DNA of 47,716 nt from Candidatus Lloydbacteria bacterium CG22_combo_CG10-13_8_21_14_all_47_15 (lineage in GTDB: Bacteria; Patescibacteriota; Minisyncoccia; Phycocordibacterales; 21-14-all-47-15): positions 1 to 47,716 of the forward strand of contig PCTL01000033.1 of NCBI GenBank assembly GCA_002771515.1, read 5' to 3'. The notes beneath the pieces were generated by a model. It was not told the origin of the DNA. It searched no databases and saw only the letters and a list, made by a program, of their open reading frames with translations. Position numbers and translations under genes: made by a program. Below are positions 45,796 to 47,716 of this stretch, piece after piece (the stretch's first letter is position 1; each line of letters begins with the position of its first letter).

Positions 45796-46542
45796 ATGCA
45801 ACAACCTCGTTACGCTGTCATAGTGGCACTCCTTATTTTTGCGCTTGGCCTGCTTATTGGCTTTTGGAAATGGGGTATCGGTACGACAGACACGCCAAAA
45901 GAAGGAACATATACTGCGCCCATACGAAATGTGCTGGAAACAATCTCTCTGCCGGTGCCGCGTGTCACAGGTCTACAATCAGTAGAAAAAGCACTCTCTA
46001 TCCGCCGAAGCCGACGCGATTTCGCTGACACACCGCTCTCGCTCGGCAATCTTTCACAAATGCTTTGGGCGGCGCAAGGTATCTCTGATACTGAAACCGG
46101 TGGACGCACCGCGCCTTCTGCGCACAGTGTCTATCCAATTGAACTATATGTGATGGCGTCTAATGTGAGCGGTCTTGCGCCGGGCATTTATCATTACGCG
46201 CCGGATGTACACAAGCTTGAACTTCTGAAAGAAGGTGCCACGACAGAAATGGAAAGTTTTTTGGAAGTCACGCCTCAGCCGCATCCGGCAAACGCGCCGG
46301 CAACTATTTTTATGGCCGGTAACTTCTTAAAACCTCAGGAATTTTTTGACTCAACAAGCGCGATACAAGTTACGCTTCAGGAAAGCGGTCACATCGGACA
46401 AAACCTCTATCTACAAGCGGAGGCGCTTGGGCTTGCGACAGTCGTCATGGGTGGCTTTGACGCCATGAACGCCGCTACATTTATCGGTGCCGAGGAAGAT
46501 GAGACAATCCTGTATCTGGTACCTGTCGGAAATAGAAAATAG
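45796..46542 (+). CDS. SagB/ThcOx-family nitroreductase-like flavoprotein with N-terminal membrane anchor
   Basis: RRSRRDF, LWAAQG, RTAPSA, ESGHIGQNLYLQA, GGFD; promoter TGgTATAAT at 45756-45764. Confidence 0.9.
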   Translation: MQQPRYAVIVALLIFALGLLIGFWKWGIGTTDTPKEGTYTAPIRNVLETISLPVPRVTGLQSVEKALSIRRSRRDFADTPLSLGNLSQMLWAAQGISDTETGGRTAPSAHSVYPIELYVMASNVSGLAPGIYHYAPDVHKLELLKEGATTEMESFLEVTPQPHPANAPATIFMAGNFLKPQEFFDSTSAIQVTLQESGHIGQNLYLQAEALGLATVVMGGFDAMNAATFIGAEEDETILYLVPVGNRK

Positions 46543-46591
46543 GATTTTACTTCTGCGTAGGATACTCCGTAGTGCGCTACATAGTTACTGC

Positions 46592-46637
46592 GTTCGCACA
46601 CAAAACACCGCCGGCCGGCGGTGTTTTGTGTGCGAAC
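46592..46637. repeat. Perfect 46-bp palindrome
   Basis: gttcgcacacaaaacaccgccgg|ccggcggtgttttgtgtgcgaac. Confidence 0.95.
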
Positions 46638-46649
46638 TTTTACCGATTA

Positions 46650-47021
46650 CTACTCAAGCGTGCCGATGATAAATTGTTCCAACTCTTCCGCCGCGCGCTG
46701 AGAGTGTATCTTCCCAAAACGCTCAGTTTCATCATTTCCGCATCCTGATATGAGCGCGCCTTGCTCGCCGGGGTGGCTGCCGCCGGAGACATAGCTTGTC
46801 ACATCATAGACATGCCCGTCTACGGCAAGCCAGCAATCATCGGCAGACGCATGTTCGCCAACCTGCGCCAGTGCATACAAAGGAAGATTACCCGCCGTAT
46901 TATGATCATCAGAATGCGCCGTCTCGCGAGCCGGACCTTTTTCACCAAAAAATACCCCGAGCGAAACTGCTCCGACAATAATAACCAAAATAATAATAAC
47001 GCCAATATAATTTTTATTCAT
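46650..47021 (-). CDS. Membrane-anchored cytochrome b5-like heme-binding protein
   Basis: V.EH.S.DDCWL.VDG.VYDVT, HPG, G.D.T..F..IHS. Confidence 0.9.
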   Translation of the reverse strand: MNKNYIGVIIILVIIVGAVSLGVFFGEKGPARETAHSDDHNTAGNLPLYALAQVGEHASADDCWLAVDGHVYDVTSYVSGGSHPGEQGALISGCGNDETERFGKIHSQRAAEELEQFIIGTLE

Positions 47022-47058
47022 ACGATACACACATGATATGTGAGCGACTATCTAGATA

Positions 47059-47439
47059 TCACTTTATATGTTGAATAGTATACCGTACTACTTCCTGTAT
47101 CGGTATCGGGCCCATCGTAAATGTATGAACACCGTATTCTTTGAGCGCTTTCTGGTCAAACCCTTCTAATTTTGACCCAATATAAACGATAGGTATATCA
47201 ACAAGCTCAGAGGTATCTCTTATATTTTCAACGAAATCGGTAATTTCATGCCAATGTTCCGGTAGTACGAAAATAATAGCGTCAGGTTTCTTTGTTTTCG
47301 CTGTCTTGAGTGTAGTCGTAGGAGTTTCTTCCATTATTACATCCAGACCCTTCTTATGAAACTCTGTGGCAAATTCTTTTGCCACTCCTGAATTTCCAAC
47401 AACAATTATTGTATTTTTTCTTTTTGCGCTAATAAACAT
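47059..47439 (-). CDS. Degenerate receiver (CheY-like) domain protein
   Basis: IIVV, KPDAIIF and IPIVYI beta-alpha pattern, with the catalytic residues absent. Confidence 0.65.
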   Translation of the reverse strand: MFISAKRKNTIIVVGNSGVAKEFATEFHKKGLDVIMEETPTTTLKTAKTKKPDAIIFVLPEHWHEITDFVENIRDTSELVDIPIVYIGSKLEGFDQKALKEYGVHTFTMGPIPIQEVVRYTIQHIK

Positions 47440-47475
47440 ATCCGTAGCGGTTGTCTTTCTTCAAATTCGGAATTG

Positions 47476-47549
47476 TGGACCCGACTGGGTTCGAACCAGC
47501 GACCTCCGGAGTGCAAAACCGGTGCTCTAGCCAACTGAGCTACGGGCCC
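47476..47549 (-). tRNA. tRNA-Ala (TGC)
   Basis: GGGCCCG acceptor with G3-U70, D-arm GCTC/GAGC, anticodon TGC, GTTCGAA T-loop, discriminator A; CCA not encoded. Confidence 0.97.
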
Positions 47550-47608
47550 AATTAAAGAATTATACTAGAAATAACAAAGAAATCAATAGTGAGTGCGGCA
47601 GACAGCCC

Positions 47609-47637
47609 TTGTATAAAGGAATTTTTATTTGTATGAT
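47609..47637 (+). promoter_or_regulatory. Sigma-70 promoter facing the terminal repeats
   Basis: TTGTAT, 17 bp, TATGAT. Confidence 0.55.
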
Positions 47638-47649
47638 GTTGCTTGTTGA

Positions 47650-47716
47650 GCGCGTAGCTGTTTTGGTTAGTTGGCGCGGAATGACATGGGCGCGTAGCTG
47701 TTTTGGTTAGTTGGCG
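47650..47716 (+). repeat. 27-bp direct repeat, period 40, truncated by the window end
   Basis: gcgcgtagctgttttggttagttggcg at 47650-47676 and 47690-47716. Confidence 0.9.

Noticed and set aside
45796-46542. Azole-containing RiPP cluster around the SagB-like gene
   Set aside because: There is no YcaO cyclodehydratase or precursor peptide nearby, and stand-alone SagB-like nitroreductases are common.
47650-47716. CRISPR array
   Set aside because: Only two repeats are visible, the spacer is at most 13 nt, and no cas genes are in the window.
1-47716. Alternative genetic code (TGA=Gly), inteins or introns, prophage or IS elements, att site at the tRNA
   Set aside because: Conserved genes such as rpoD, sufB and smc end properly at TGA and are uninterrupted. 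I saw no integrase, transposase or phage genes and no duplicated tRNA 3' end.

Overview
Bacterial chromosomal segment using genetic code 11. The gene set and style point to Patescibacteria/CPR, most likely Parcubacteria (inference from the short hinge-less SMC, NusB-NUDIX fusion, Lys-rich RpoD N-terminus, rpsP-khpA-trmD without rimM, and leaderless housekeeping genes). The central ~33 kb is housekeeping: sufB-sufU-sufC-sufT, a tandem sigma-70 paralog, rpoD, dnaG, rpoC, rpoB, trmD, khpA, rpsP, rnr, smc, rnc, nusB-NUDIX, rpmF, NUDIX, rnhB, dnaE, thrS, gyrB and ychF. The left arm (0.5-8.5 kb) is accessory. It has three secreted orphan genes, two of them clear paralogs, and two of the three carry a shared structured 5' leader with conserved boxes and compensatory base-pair changes; this is the best candidate for an undescribed cis-regulatory RNA. 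It also has a nucleoside-deoxyribosyltransferase-fold gene converging on a 1158-aa protein with tandem metallophosphoesterase-like domains. The right arm holds a possible heme/flavin membrane redox cluster, a perfect 46-bp palindrome, tRNA-Ala(TGC), and a promoter-driven hairpin repeat resembling a tRNA 5' end that is cut by the window edge. All assignments are by eye; no searches were run.
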